Below, piece by piece: positions 40,509 through 49,599 of a stretch of 64,000 nt of DNA. Under the pieces are notes generated by a model. It saw nothing but the letters and a program-made list of their open reading frames with translations. It was not told the DNA's origin and did no database searches. Source of the stretch: a virus. Position 1 is the first letter of the stretch; every line of letters starts with the position of its first letter. A program made the position numbers and the translations under genes. Where the stretch lies: the IMG/VR virus record IMGVR_UViG_3300016457_000282, positions 1 through 64,000 of that record. One strand, written 5' to 3'.

Positions 40509-41777
40509 TTAAGCGCACCTATACACAACATTATCGTTAAGAGTCAAAACCGATCTATCACTAAAGTACTTCCCAGTTTTTTGGTAGAAACTGTTCACTT
40601 CTTTCAGTTTACCTTCTCGAATTATCAGTACACTAGAAGGGAGTTCCTCTCCCAACTTGAACATTACCTTATCCCAGTCAAAATCTTTTTTTGTCTCGCC
40701 GAAGTACTTTTCAAGGAAGGAATGTGAGGTAGGTTCTTTGACCAGTACAATATCGTTCTTCAGTATCTTAGGAAAGACATGTCGTACTTCGACTCTCCTA
40801 TACCTTCCAGTTTTTAAGAGGATCTCTCCAATTTCTCTCAACTCAGACAGATCGACATTTCCTATCTCTTTATGTCGGAGGAAATACAGAATTGCAGCTG
40901 CACGGACGGTTAGGTTCTTATGCTTAAGTAACTCAGGTAGTTCCTCTGGCAACCTCTTTGGGATCCTCTCCCTCTTAATTACTGCCTTCTGAACCTCCTT
41001 CGCCCATGGTCTATCATCATACACAACACACCTACAATACTTCTCGTTTGTTAGGTGATACAACAGAGAGAAATCACCTGAATTGATTACAATCACTCGT
41101 GATCTCACGGGTATCCAAGAACTAACTACATCCTCGAGGTCTCTCCTTCCATTTAGATATCTATTTAGGTTATACAGGTGCCTCGTTCCTCCACTCTTCT
41201 CAAACACCCTCCTTGCCGCTTCCAAAATAGTACTACTCATAGTTCTTTTACTAGGGTCAAACCACATATACAATTCTCTTATACCATATCTATCTCTAGC
41301 CTCTTTCAGCACTTTCACCCAATGCTCAACCCTCTTAGTCTCGAACTCATCGTAATTGAACACTTCTGCTTCCCTTGGGACTATACCATACTTCCAACTA
41401 ACAATACTCGCAGGTAATTTATACTGATCACAAAACTCTAGGTATTTTTGAATCCTCCTACTATCCCAAAGTACCTCAGGAGTTGCTTTCACCACTTTAC
41501 GCTTGCTTTGCGAACATAAAGTTCCCGTTAAAACTTCTCTCTTACCTATCTCAGCTCCACTCTTCCTAACCATCTCAACACCCAACTCTCCTTCTCCCTT
41601 TTTAACACTCTTCACTCTCAACACTATTACCTCTTCTTTCCCCTTGAGCAAGTCAACATCCAACTCTACCTTCTCTCCTAACCTCCAATTTCCTCTAACC
41701 AAAACCCTTTTTACTCCTGGTATTTTGACCAAGCACACTTCCCCAATTTTCTTAGTTACCAAACCTACCGCCTTCAT
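40509..41777 (-). CDS. DUF6884-like domain protein
   Basis: LCSQSK...IVSWKYGIV.....FNYD resembles the DUF6884 CS..K / SAKYGL / PYD pattern. Confidence 0.45.
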   Translation of the reverse strand: MKAVGLVTKKIGEVCLVKIPGVKRVLVRGNWRLGEKVELDVDLLKGKEEVIVLRVKSVKKGEGELGVEMVRKSGAEIGKREVLTGTLCSQSKRKVVKATPEVLWDSRRIQKYLEFCDQYKLPASIVSWKYGIVPREAEVFNYDEFETKRVEHWVKVLKEARDRYGIRELYMWFDPSKRTMSSTILEAARRVFEKSGGTRHLYNLNRYLNGRRDLEDVVSSWIPVRSRVIVINSGDFSLLYHLTNEKYCRCVVYDDRPWAKEVQKAVIKRERIPKRLPEELPELLKHKNLTVRAAAILYFLRHKEIGNVDLSELREIGEILLKTGRYRRVEVRHVFPKILKNDIVLVKEPTSHSFLEKYFGETKKDFDWDKVMFKLGEELPSSVLIIREGKLKEVNSFYQKTGKYFSDRSVLTLNDNVVYRCA

Positions 41778-42517
41778 TTTTCCTCTCCTACTAAAGTAAT
41801 GTCATTCTTAAATTCATGTGCTCTTCTTACCTTCCAATACTTCCTCATCATCCTCTCAATCTCATCCACTTTAGGTACCGCCTTCTTGTAGCATTCCACA
41901 ATCACCTTCCTAACCCCCACCGCGCTCACTAACTTAAATAACCTCTCATGATGTTCTCTTACATTACTCTCATTCCACAATTCATACTCTACTTCTTTAC
42001 CTATTAACCAACTGTCCAACTTAGGAAAATTCTTAAAAACACTCTCCTTCGCCGACCTAAATACTTTAGGAGTATCTATATATACAACACTACCTCTTCC
42101 CACTCTCTTAACTTTCCTCAAAAACTCATCATAACTCCCTCTACTAACTACTAACCTTCCTCCTCTAACCCTATTCTCTCTTAACCTCCTTGCTATCTCT
42201 TCCATCTTATCCTTCTTCAACTTCCTATCGTACCCTTCACTAGGTACCCTTCTAACACTTTCTAGTACACTTACCACTCTCACTGCGGTGCCAAACCACT
42301 TCCCATCTCCAACCAACGCCCGCCCTATACTATACGACCACCATCCTATATCATTACTAATTACATGCAAACCTTTCCTAACCATTAAATGACTAATAGT
42401 ATAAGTACCTGCAAAAGGTTCTATAACCCTTCTTGTTCCTTTAACTTCCTTATCAATAACTTCTTCTATAGCTTTGATATACTTGTACTTACTTCCAATA
42501 GTATTGACATACCACAT
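41774..42517 (-). CDS. DNA adenine methyltransferase-like protein (D12 class, degenerate)
   Basis: IGSK, IEPFAGT (motif I), SND; motif IV reads YIDTPK instead of DPPY. Confidence 0.6.
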   Translation of the reverse strand: MWYVNTIGSKYKYIKAIEEVIDKEVKGTRRVIEPFAGTYTISHLMVRKGLHVISNDIGWWSYSIGRALVGDGKWFGTAVRVVSVLESVRRVPSEGYDRKLKKDKMEEIARRLRENRVRGGRLVVSRGSYDEFLRKVKRVGRGSVVYIDTPKVFRSAKESVFKNFPKLDSWLIGKEVEYELWNESNVREHHERLFKLVSAVGVRKVIVECYKKAVPKVDEIERMMRKYWKVRRAHEFKNDITLVGEEK

Positions 42518-42699
42518 AATTAATTACTCCTTCTGATACAAGTTTTTTAGAGTTTACCTCCGATCTGTTCCCTTTTTCAAGAGTTCGTGATATACGACAC
42601 TTATCTAAGAAGAAGTAGATAAGAACTGAGATTGAGAAAAGAAGGGTATTAACAGTGAATAGGAACTCAAGGTAAAAGGCGCTTAAATTGGTACCTTAG

Positions 42700-43031
42700 T
42701 GAGGAACCTAAAATAGGAATAGGACCTAGATGGGAACCTAAATAGAACTTAAACAGTACTTAGTAAGAACCTACACGATAGGGACCTATATAATGAAGGT
42801 TCATTTAACTGGGGATTCATATAGTAAGGACTTCATATATTAACGAGGTTCATATTAGTGAGGTTTATATTACAGAGGGTTTGTACAACAGGAGAGGAAG
42901 AGGGTTATATAGTAAGGACTCTATATAACAAGGTCTATGTAATAGGAGTTTACATAACAAAGGTTCATATAGTGAGGTTTATATTACAGAGGGTCTGTAC
43001 AACAGAGGAAGAGGGTTATATAGTAAGGACC
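42700..43031 (+). repeat. Low-complexity direct repeats
   Basis: Two near-identical ~70-nt copies (~42846-42920 and ~42960-43031) plus ATAGTAAGGAC and GAACCTA units. Confidence 0.7.
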
Positions 43032-43114
43032 CATACGAGTTAAATTCGCCTCCCCTATTATAATTTACCTAAAATTAAAACATCACTTAAACTTAAGAAA
43101 GGAGGAGGTAAATT

Positions 43115-43426
43115 ATGAAGAACTTGAAAATTTACAACCCTGACCTTAAACCCCAGGTCACCATCAAAACCCTGATCTCCCAGGTAAAAACCCAGAAACC
43201 ACAACGTACCTTGGGACACGTGTCCCTCTCCCGAACATACATTCGGGAAATAAAGAGAGAGGTTGGGACCGAAGAGTTCGGGACTCTCGGACCCACCACT
43301 GTGTACAAAGTGGTGGTGGAACTGATAAAACAGAGAAAACCTGACCTTCTTCCCCGGATTAAAGAAGAGGTAGGGGAAGAAAGGTTTAAAAGGGAGGTAT
43401 TCAACCTCTACTACAGGGAAAAGTAG
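43115..43426 (+). CDS. Early hypothetical protein (paralog of 45049)
   Basis: NPDL...LGH.S..R....IK.EVG.EE..TLGP...KPDL...LYYR shared with 45049..45387. Confidence 0.65.
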   Translation: MKNLKIYNPDLKPQVTIKTLISQVKTQKPQRTLGHVSLSRTYIREIKREVGTEEFGTLGPTTVYKVVVELIKQRKPDLLPRIKEEVGEERFKREVFNLYYREK

Positions 43427-43437
43427 TAGAGGTTGAA
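43400..43437. terminator. 15-bp perfect inverted repeat over the stop codon
   Basis: TTCAACCTCTACTAC / GTAGTAGAGGTTGAA. Confidence 0.45.
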
Positions 43438-43628
43438 GGTAAGGTAAGGAGAGTCCTGTAAACCCTCTTTACACACAAAGGTCCGTTAAGGCCCGATCCG
43501 TAACGGGTACGGACGGTCGGGAGCTACACTGACGGACCTTCAAAACCAACCCGAACCTACTGTAATGAGGTTACAAGGTCACAAAGGACTGAACATCCTT
43601 TGTGACCGTCCTAAATACCTTAACGACA

Positions 43629-43710
43629 CGGGCCATGATGGCCCGGTCAGGAATTGTAATGATTTCAGTAGATTACCCTGAAAAACTCGTAAATTTCGGG
43701 GGCAAAAAAG
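43629..43710 (+). repeat. ~80-bp element, copy 1 (palindrome CGGGCCATNATGGCCCG)
   Basis: Palindrome followed by TTGTAATGATTTCA. Confidence 0.8.
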
Positions 43711-43747
43711 TCGTTGAGGTATTTAGGGCAACCGGCCCAGAAAGGAG

Positions 43748-44251
43748 GTGAGAAAAGTGAATATTAAGGAGCTCCTTCAACAGGCTCGTGCTCAGAGTCG
43801 ACGGAAGAGAGGTCGTGGTCACCGTCCTGTGATAAGTGACCGTAAGGCCTCCAAACCTAAGGCTCTGTTGGGCACGAAACTTAAGAGGAATGAGTGGGAA
43901 TGGCTTCCGTACCACTCTCCATCAGCATGGATGGCGGAGTGGTCAGCTAACCTACAGTATCAAGAAGAGGTACGTAGGTTAGAAGAGAAGACCACTCCTG
44001 CTCCAGAAGGCTCCTTAAGGGATCTCCTAACTAAAGCGAAGGCCTCGGTTAAGAGAGGGAGACCTCGTAAGCAGAGGCCGGAGTTGGTTAGGGACCCGGA
44101 GATTCAGACCGGATACGGATTAAAACTCCTCGAGTTAGAGGAGAAATACCCGGTTAATCCGTATTATTGGAACGATTCTCCAGGTGATCCTAGAGAGATT
44201 CCTTGGGGAGATTTGGATGACCTGGCCCGGTTGGTAGATAAGTTACTGTAG
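43748..44251 (+). CDS. Early hypothetical protein
   Basis: AAGGAG RBS; degraded paralog at 48857-49327. Confidence 0.6.
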   Translation: MRKVNIKELLQQARAQSRRKRGRGHRPVISDRKASKPKALLGTKLKRNEWEWLPYHSPSAWMAEWSANLQYQEEVRRLEEKTTPAPEGSLRDLLTKAKASVKRGRPRKQRPELVRDPEIQTGYGLKLLELEEKYPVNPYYWNDSPGDPREIPWGDLDDLARLVDKLL

Positions 44252-44387
44252 TACCACGGGTTTAGGTCAGGTAACAAGAACCGGGTTCTTAAAAGGGACC
44301 TTGGGATCCCTCCGTCTGCTTTGTTAAAGGAAAGGGAAGGTTAGTTTGGTTCATCTGCCGGGGGTTGTCTCAGAAAGTAGTGACAGA

Positions 44388-44470
44388 CGGGCCACCATGG
44401 CCCGGTCAGGAGTTGTAATGATTTCAATAGGTTAACTTAGAAAAGTAGGAATTTTTTGAGGCAAAAAATG
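44388..44470 (+). repeat. ~80-bp element, copy 2
   Basis: CGGGCCACCATGGCCCG + GAGTTGTAATGATTTCAATAGGTTAACTTAGAAAAGTAGGAATTTT. Confidence 0.8.
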
Positions 44471-44572
44471 AGGACAGGTTAGGTCATATTTTTTTATTTA
44501 CATATAATTTTATCTAAAATTTTTTTAAAATTTTGCGTGAATCCTGTAAAAAAGAGAAAAGGGGGCAGAAAA

Positions 44573-44947
44573 ATGGAAAAAAAGGAGAAAATTTTGAACC
44601 TAACACAACATCCAGCCACGTCGGATCAGATTGAAGCAGGAGTAATTGAACCGAAGGATAAAGAGAAGGTAAGAGAGTTGCTAACGTTTAATGAACTCCC
44701 GTCTTATGAAGAAGTGATGTCTAAAGCACAGGCTCTAGCCGACATTGCCGTTGAACACGGAGTTACAAAAGCGATGATTGGAGGAGCCTTGTTCTTCATG
44801 ACTCCGTTGGCGGCAATATTGCGGTGTAGAGGAGTAACACCGCTTTTCTCTTTCACAAAGAGAATGGTTGAAGAAAAGGTGCTTGAAGATGGTACAGTTG
44901 AGAAGAAAGCTGTCTTCAAGCATGAAGGGTGGATTGTGGCCTTTTAA
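44573..44947 (+). CDS. Conserved hypothetical protein
   Basis: ILNLTQHPAT..Q..AGV...AMIGGA...FSFTKR...FKHEG. Confidence 0.6.
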   Translation: MEKKEKILNLTQHPATSDQIEAGVIEPKDKEKVRELLTFNELPSYEEVMSKAQALADIAVEHGVTKAMIGGALFFMTPLAAILRCRGVTPLFSFTKRMVEEKVLEDGTVEKKAVFKHEGWIVAF

Positions 44948-45048
44948 GAGAAAAGGAGGTGATGGTCGAGTTACATTTTCTTATTTATAAATAAAATTTT
45001 TATAATTTTAAACGTTAACCGGTAAAAAAGAAGAAAGGAGGAGAAAAA

Positions 45049-45387
45049 ATGGAAAAAGTGACAGTTATCCACAATCCCGATCTTCAGAAAAGAGAGGAAC
45101 AGGTATCCTTGAGGGACTTATTGACCCAAGCCCGTCAGAGGAAGAAAGGACAATCGGCCGGCCTAGGACACATATCCTTTGCCAGGGAAACCTTACGGAC
45201 AATTAAGAAGGAAGTAGGTCAAGAAGAGTATGAGACATTAGGACCAGGAGCGGCCTTCTATGTGGTATGTAAGCTAATGGAACAGAAGAAGCCCGATCTG
45301 TACAAGAAGGTAATGTCCCAAGTTGGAAAGACATTGTATAGGTCGGAAGTCGGTCAATTATACTACAGAGTAAGAGATGAGAAATAG
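45049..45387 (+). CDS. Early hypothetical protein (paralog of 43115)
   Basis: Strong RBS; alignment to 43115..43426 visible by eye. Confidence 0.65.
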   Translation: MEKVTVIHNPDLQKREEQVSLRDLLTQARQRKKGQSAGLGHISFARETLRTIKKEVGQEEYETLGPGAAFYVVCKLMEQKKPDLYKKVMSQVGKTLYRSEVGQLYYRVRDEK

Positions 45388-45401
45388 CGAACCTTAAGTT
45401 G

Positions 45402-45431
45402 ATAAGGGACCCTTTTGTTAGGGTCCCTTAT
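45402..45431. terminator. Hairpin/terminator
   Basis: ATAAGGGACCC / GGGTCCCTTAT directly after the stop. Confidence 0.55.
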
Positions 45432-45636
45432 GTTAATAACCACTTAGGAAAAGGAGGTAGAGTAATGAGAGAAGTACAGGTATAGTGTAACACGTGTAAG
45501 GAATGGCATACCATACATAACTGGAATACAGTTTCAGAACTCAATAATTGGTCCTGTTCTCTCGACTTCAACACAATCAAAACCGTCTTTGTGACCGAAA
45601 CGAAGAGTGGTTCACTGAGACAAGAAAGGAGGTAGT

Positions 45637-46116
45637 ATGGCCAAGAGAGGCGCGGTTAGGATACTAAACGAGAAAAGAAAGAGACAGTTCAATAAGTACT
45701 GGGATTGGGATTGGACGGACCAGTTCAGATGGTGCCGTCCTAAAGTATATGCCCAATCTTTGAGAGAGAAGTTAGAGGAAATACAACCAAAGACACACAA
45801 GGAAAAGATAAGGTTAGATATTGCTAAAGGGTTCCTTAGAATTGCTGCGGAAGGACTGTCCAACGAAGTACAAGGACAACCATATGATGTGTGGGATACA
45901 ATACTAGAAGCTCTAGGGTTCACTGCAGAACATAAGAAAGTACTAATCACAGAGTTCAGTGACCGTACAGGAGAGTACAATCCTAAGTACGATCTGTTCG
46001 AGCTAGACTGGAACGCGATTAGAGAAGGTAACGGATTGGTACTATGTGGTGCTAAGACAATGAAGGTACGATGGGAAGTGCTTCATAGATGGGTAGCTCA
46101 TTTGTTAAGTGAGTAA
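45637..46116 (+). CDS. Hypothetical protein
   Basis: AAGGAGGT RBS; 159 aa. Confidence 0.6.
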   Translation: MAKRGAVRILNEKRKRQFNKYWDWDWTDQFRWCRPKVYAQSLREKLEEIQPKTHKEKIRLDIAKGFLRIAAEGLSNEVQGQPYDVWDTILEALGFTAEHKKVLITEFSDRTGEYNPKYDLFELDWNAIREGNGLVLCGAKTMKVRWEVLHRWVAHLLSE

Positions 46117-46267
46117 CCGAACTGATTTTGAGTAAGTACTTACTCTTACATTAGTTAGGTACCGATTGTACTTGTCATATACTCTGAGAAAGGTACTAAT
46201 CAGACAAGTAAGTATTTAGTCAAAATTGGTTCGGTTTGAATAACAAACATACATTTTTTGAGCCAAA

Positions 46268-46350
46268 CGGGCCATGATGGCCCGTGTCTGAGTTGTAATA
46301 ATTTCAACGAGTTAGCTTAGAAAAGTAGGAATTTTTGAGGACAAAAATGA
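46268..46350 (+). repeat. ~80-bp element, copy 3
   Basis: CGGGCCATGATGGCCCG + GAGTTGTAATAATTTCAACGAGTTAGCTTAGAAAAGTAGGAATTTT. Confidence 0.8.
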
Positions 46351-46580
46351 AGTACGGTTCGCAACAGTCTACTAAAATTTATAGTTTTACATAGTAGAAC
46401 CTTACAAAAAAGACAAAACAGCAAGTTTTTGTATAAGAAACTGAGGAAATTTTATCTATGTACAACCGAGCTTCTTTAATTTTTTCACAAGTACCGAAAA
46501 ATAAAATCTCAATTTTACTATGTAAAACCTAACATTTTTGACTTTTTCACGCGGTTTTGCATAGTAAAATTGAGATTTTT

Positions 46581-46605
46581 CAAACGGGCCATCATGGCCC
46601 GTTTG
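46581..46605. repeat. Bare extended palindrome
   Basis: CAAACGGGCCATCATGGCCCGTTTG next to the parB-like stop codon. Confidence 0.8.
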
Positions 46606-46614
46606 GTTGAGTTA

Positions 46615-47307
46615 CTATGACTGTACTACAGTAGATACAACTCTTATTAGTTCAGGATTTGACAGTTGCATCAACATTGTCTTCCATTGAGGTCCAGCAA
46701 CTTGATGAACTGTCCTAACCAAAGTACACACTGTCTCTGCCAGTTCTTTAGGTTTACAACCAAGTTCCTGTGCAAGTCTTTTAATACGACACTTCTGTTC
46801 ACTTGACTTAACCTGTCCTCTCTGTTTCAAGTACACATACTTAGAGATTGTCTCTTTACTTAACTGCAGACCATACTTCTCTTTCAACACCACACAGAAC
46901 TCTTCAAAAGACAGATCAGAGTGTACTTTTCGTAATCTTTTTACCAACTGTCTCTTACTTATCTGTCGACCTCTCTTTTCCTGCAAATTGAGCTTCAATC
47001 CTAATTCTACTAACTCTTCCTCATTCCTCACTTGAACCTCTTCTAATTCCAAATCCAAACCTAACTCCACTGCGATCTGAACTCTATGTACACCATCTAA
47101 CACTACATACCTTTTGACTTTCTTGTCACTGAACAGTACTACTCTCAAAGGTTTTGTTAATCCTTCCATCTTAAGAACTTCTCTGAGGTCCTCAATATCT
47201 GCTTTGGTAAGGTTAGGTAGTAGTCTTTGTAGAGGTTTGTAAGCATAGAACACTTTATCACTAACCTTTGTGATCCGTTTGAGTTGTTTTCGATCAACTT
47301 CTAACAT
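46615..47307 (-). CDS. ParB/Srx N-terminal domain protein with putative HTH
   Basis: G...PL.V...YVVLDGVHRVQIA (GxxR motif), LKLN; GGAGG RBS. Confidence 0.75.
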   Translation of the reverse strand: MLEVDRKQLKRITKVSDKVFYAYKPLQRLLPNLTKADIEDLREVLKMEGLTKPLRVVLFSDKKVKRYVVLDGVHRVQIAVELGLDLELEEVQVRNEEELVELGLKLNLQEKRGRQISKRQLVKRLRKVHSDLSFEEFCVVLKEKYGLQLSKETISKYVYLKQRGQVKSSEQKCRIKRLAQELGCKPKELAETVCTLVRTVHQVAGPQWKTMLMQLSNPELIRVVSTVVQS

Positions 47308-47409
47308 GATAACCTCCTTTTTTGTTAGTTTTGTCAGTAATTATACTTCAAACTTGACAAAAACACTACTAAAACGCGCAAATTGTCGTATCTGACAGAT
47401 ACCTGCATT

Positions 47410-47492
47410 CATTTTTGTCTACAAAAAATTCTGTATTTTCTCAGCTAACTTATTGAAATCATTACAACTCAGGAACGGGCCATCATGGCCCG
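47410..47492 (-). repeat. ~80-bp element, copy 4 (inverted)
   Basis: Reverse complement reads palindrome + GAGTTGTAATGATTTCAATAAGTTAGCTGAGAAAATACAGAATTTT. Confidence 0.8.
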
Positions 47493-47692
47493 TCTAAGGA
47501 AAAAATTTCCAGCAAAACAAAGCGTAGAATAGCAAATAATAATCTAAATGACAGACTCTTACTGCCGGGGGTTGTCTCAAGGAACTAAACTACGTTAAGT
47601 ACCTCACAAAACACCCCCTTAGGAACTGAACCCGGGGCGGTTGAGTTACAATAACAGGAGTAAGTACCCCATATCTAAAAAATTTAAAAATC

Positions 47693-47859
47693 GGAGAATG
47701 ACTTTTAGTACACTCTCATTAAAAGAGGAGAATGACTTTAGTACACTCTCATTAAAAGAGGAGAATGACTTTAGTACACTCTCATTTATAAAAATCGGAG
47801 AATGACTTTTAGTACTCTCTCATTTAAAATCGGAGAATGACTTTTAGTACTCTCTCATT
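47693..47859 (+). repeat. Five tandem iteron-like repeats
   Basis: GGAGAATGACTT(T)TAGTAC(A/T)CTCTCATT at 47693, 47727, 47760, 47797 and 47832. Confidence 0.85.
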
Positions 47860-47984
47860 TAAAAATTTGAAGAGTGAATCCGATACTCTTAATTTTGAAA
47901 AAACGAAAACGAACCTAGTACTCTGTATTTAAAAAAGTAAATCATAAGAGAGATTAGTTAGAACAAGAAAAGAGGCGATATATC

Positions 47985-48329
47985 ATGTTAATAGGTCTAC
48001 GCCGATTCGGCGAAGGTTCAGATCGAGATGTAACAGAAGTTGAAGCTAAGGAGATTTTGGTAACAGTAGAAGGACAAGGTTTGTGTGCAATTGAGGAACT
48101 GGGCGTTGTAGATCTGTGCACGTTGAAGCAACTAGAGGAAAGTTCGTTTTGTTGCATTCCTTCTCTGACTGGAGAGATTGAGTTGTTGATTGTACCGTTG
48201 AGAATGCTTGTTAAGTTAGGTTTACGTGAGGAGACTGAATTGGATGATAGTACTTCGTGTGCGCTTCTTGCGAGAATGAAGAGTGAAGACGAGTTTCATG
48301 TGTACGAACTTTCACTTATGTTTGAGTAA
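47985..48329 (+). CDS. Hypothetical protein
   Basis: 114-aa ORF with RBS. Confidence 0.5.
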   Translation: MLIGLRRFGEGSDRDVTEVEAKEILVTVEGQGLCAIEELGVVDLCTLKQLEESSFCCIPSLTGEIELLIVPLRMLVKLGLREETELDDSTSCALLARMKSEDEFHVYELSLMFE

Positions 48330-48355
48330 CAGTTAAGTTAGAAGGGTTAGTAATT

Positions 48356-48766
48356 ATGATTGTTAAAGTACATGCAGGATCAGGTAAGTGTGGTTGTATT
48401 GTATGTCCGAATTGCGGAGCACATGAGTTGCTTAATTGCCAATTTAAAGATGTACTATCTGCGGAAAAGTGGCGATGGCAGATACGACCTTTTAAAGTTG
48501 ATAATTGGTCACATTGTTTAGTATGTGGTTGTTGGTTCAATTTGGAAGGTAAAGTACAAGGCAATCGAAAAGTTCCTTCAGCTACTGTTATTTTCTCTAA
48601 AGCAAGAGAGTATGTAAAGAGTAACTTTTCTGAGGTTAGTGATCGTACTAAGTTGCGCAAGTTTGTGGAAATCTGTCGAGCGAATCAGTTGACAATGGAG
48701 CACTGGTCGGATCAATTAAGTGACAAACAAGTTAACTTAATGGTTCAGGGTTATGAATTAGTGTGA
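48356..48766 (+). CDS. Zn-finger hypothetical protein
   Basis: CPNCG...CLVCG. Confidence 0.55.
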   Translation: MIVKVHAGSGKCGCIVCPNCGAHELLNCQFKDVLSAEKWRWQIRPFKVDNWSHCLVCGCWFNLEGKVQGNRKVPSATVIFSKAREYVKSNFSEVSDRTKLRKFVEICRANQLTMEHWSDQLSDKQVNLMVQGYELV

Positions 48767-48856
48767 GCTGAACAGATTTTCTCGCAAAATATGACTAACT
48801 GTAAAGTAACATTTTTTTAATTTTTAAAAATTTTTTAATTTTTTTTTCGAAGTACT

Positions 48857-49327
48857 ATGCTGAGCGAGTTAAAGGATTTGTTAGAAAAAGTGAAGCGAGA
48901 GCAACAGAGAAAAAGAAAGGAAAGAGGTATACTTCGTATATTAGTACTAACAAAGCTAGTAAACCTAAAGCTTTACTAAGTACGAAGTTGACTCGGTATG
49001 AATGGGAATGGTTACCTTATCGTTCTCTATCAGCGCGGATGACAGAGTGGTCAGCAGAAAGTAATCAGAAAAAAGAGAGAAGATAAAGAAGAATAGTGCA
49101 CTGACAGATTTGTTGTTGACAGCAAAGAGTGAAGTTAAGAGAGGACGACTGAGGAGAAAGAAATCTGAGTTAGTTAGAGATCCTAAAGTCCAAACCGAGT
49201 ATGAGTTGAAGTTGTTTGAATTAGAAGAGAAGTACTCGTCAATCTGTACTATTGGAACGACTCTCTTGGAAATCCTAGAGAGATTCCTCAAGGAGATTTG
49301 AATGATTTAGCGAGATTGATAGATTAA
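48857..49327 (+). pseudogene. Frameshifted paralog of 43748..44251
   Basis: KASKPKALL...EWEWLPY, LVRDP.VQT.Y.LKL.ELEEKY and YYWNDS.G.PREIP.GDL.DLARL are spread over different frames. Confidence 0.75.
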
Positions 49328-49345
49328 TGTAGAAAGGAGGCTATC

Positions 49346-49531
49346 ATGGAAAAAATAGTAGGTAAGATAGTGTACGATCGAGACTCAAAACGATATCATA
49401 GATACTTAGTGGAAGGAGAAGAGATAGTAGGTACGATTTATCTTACAAAAGGAGCTGCTAAGGTGAAACAATACCAAATTACACTTGTACCTCTAACTGA
49501 GGAAGAAGGAATTGTACAGAAACAATTCTAA
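49346..49531 (+). CDS. Small hypothetical protein
   Basis: AAGGAGG RBS; DSKRYHRY...GTIY. Confidence 0.55.
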   Translation: MEKIVGKIVYDRDSKRYHRYLVEGEEIVGTIYLTKGAAKVKQYQITLVPLTEEEGIVQKQF

Positions 49532-49599
49532 CAGATCAGACAGGCATTGAAGTTGCTATTAGTGATTCATTATGTTATTAGAAAGCTGTAATATTTGTT

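Noticed and set aside
42858-43043. 61-aa ORF
   Set aside because: It is a translation of the local direct repeats and has no clear RBS.
47693-47859. CRISPR array
   Set aside because: Inter-repeat segments are only ~6-9 nt, A-rich and non-unique, so there are no spacers.
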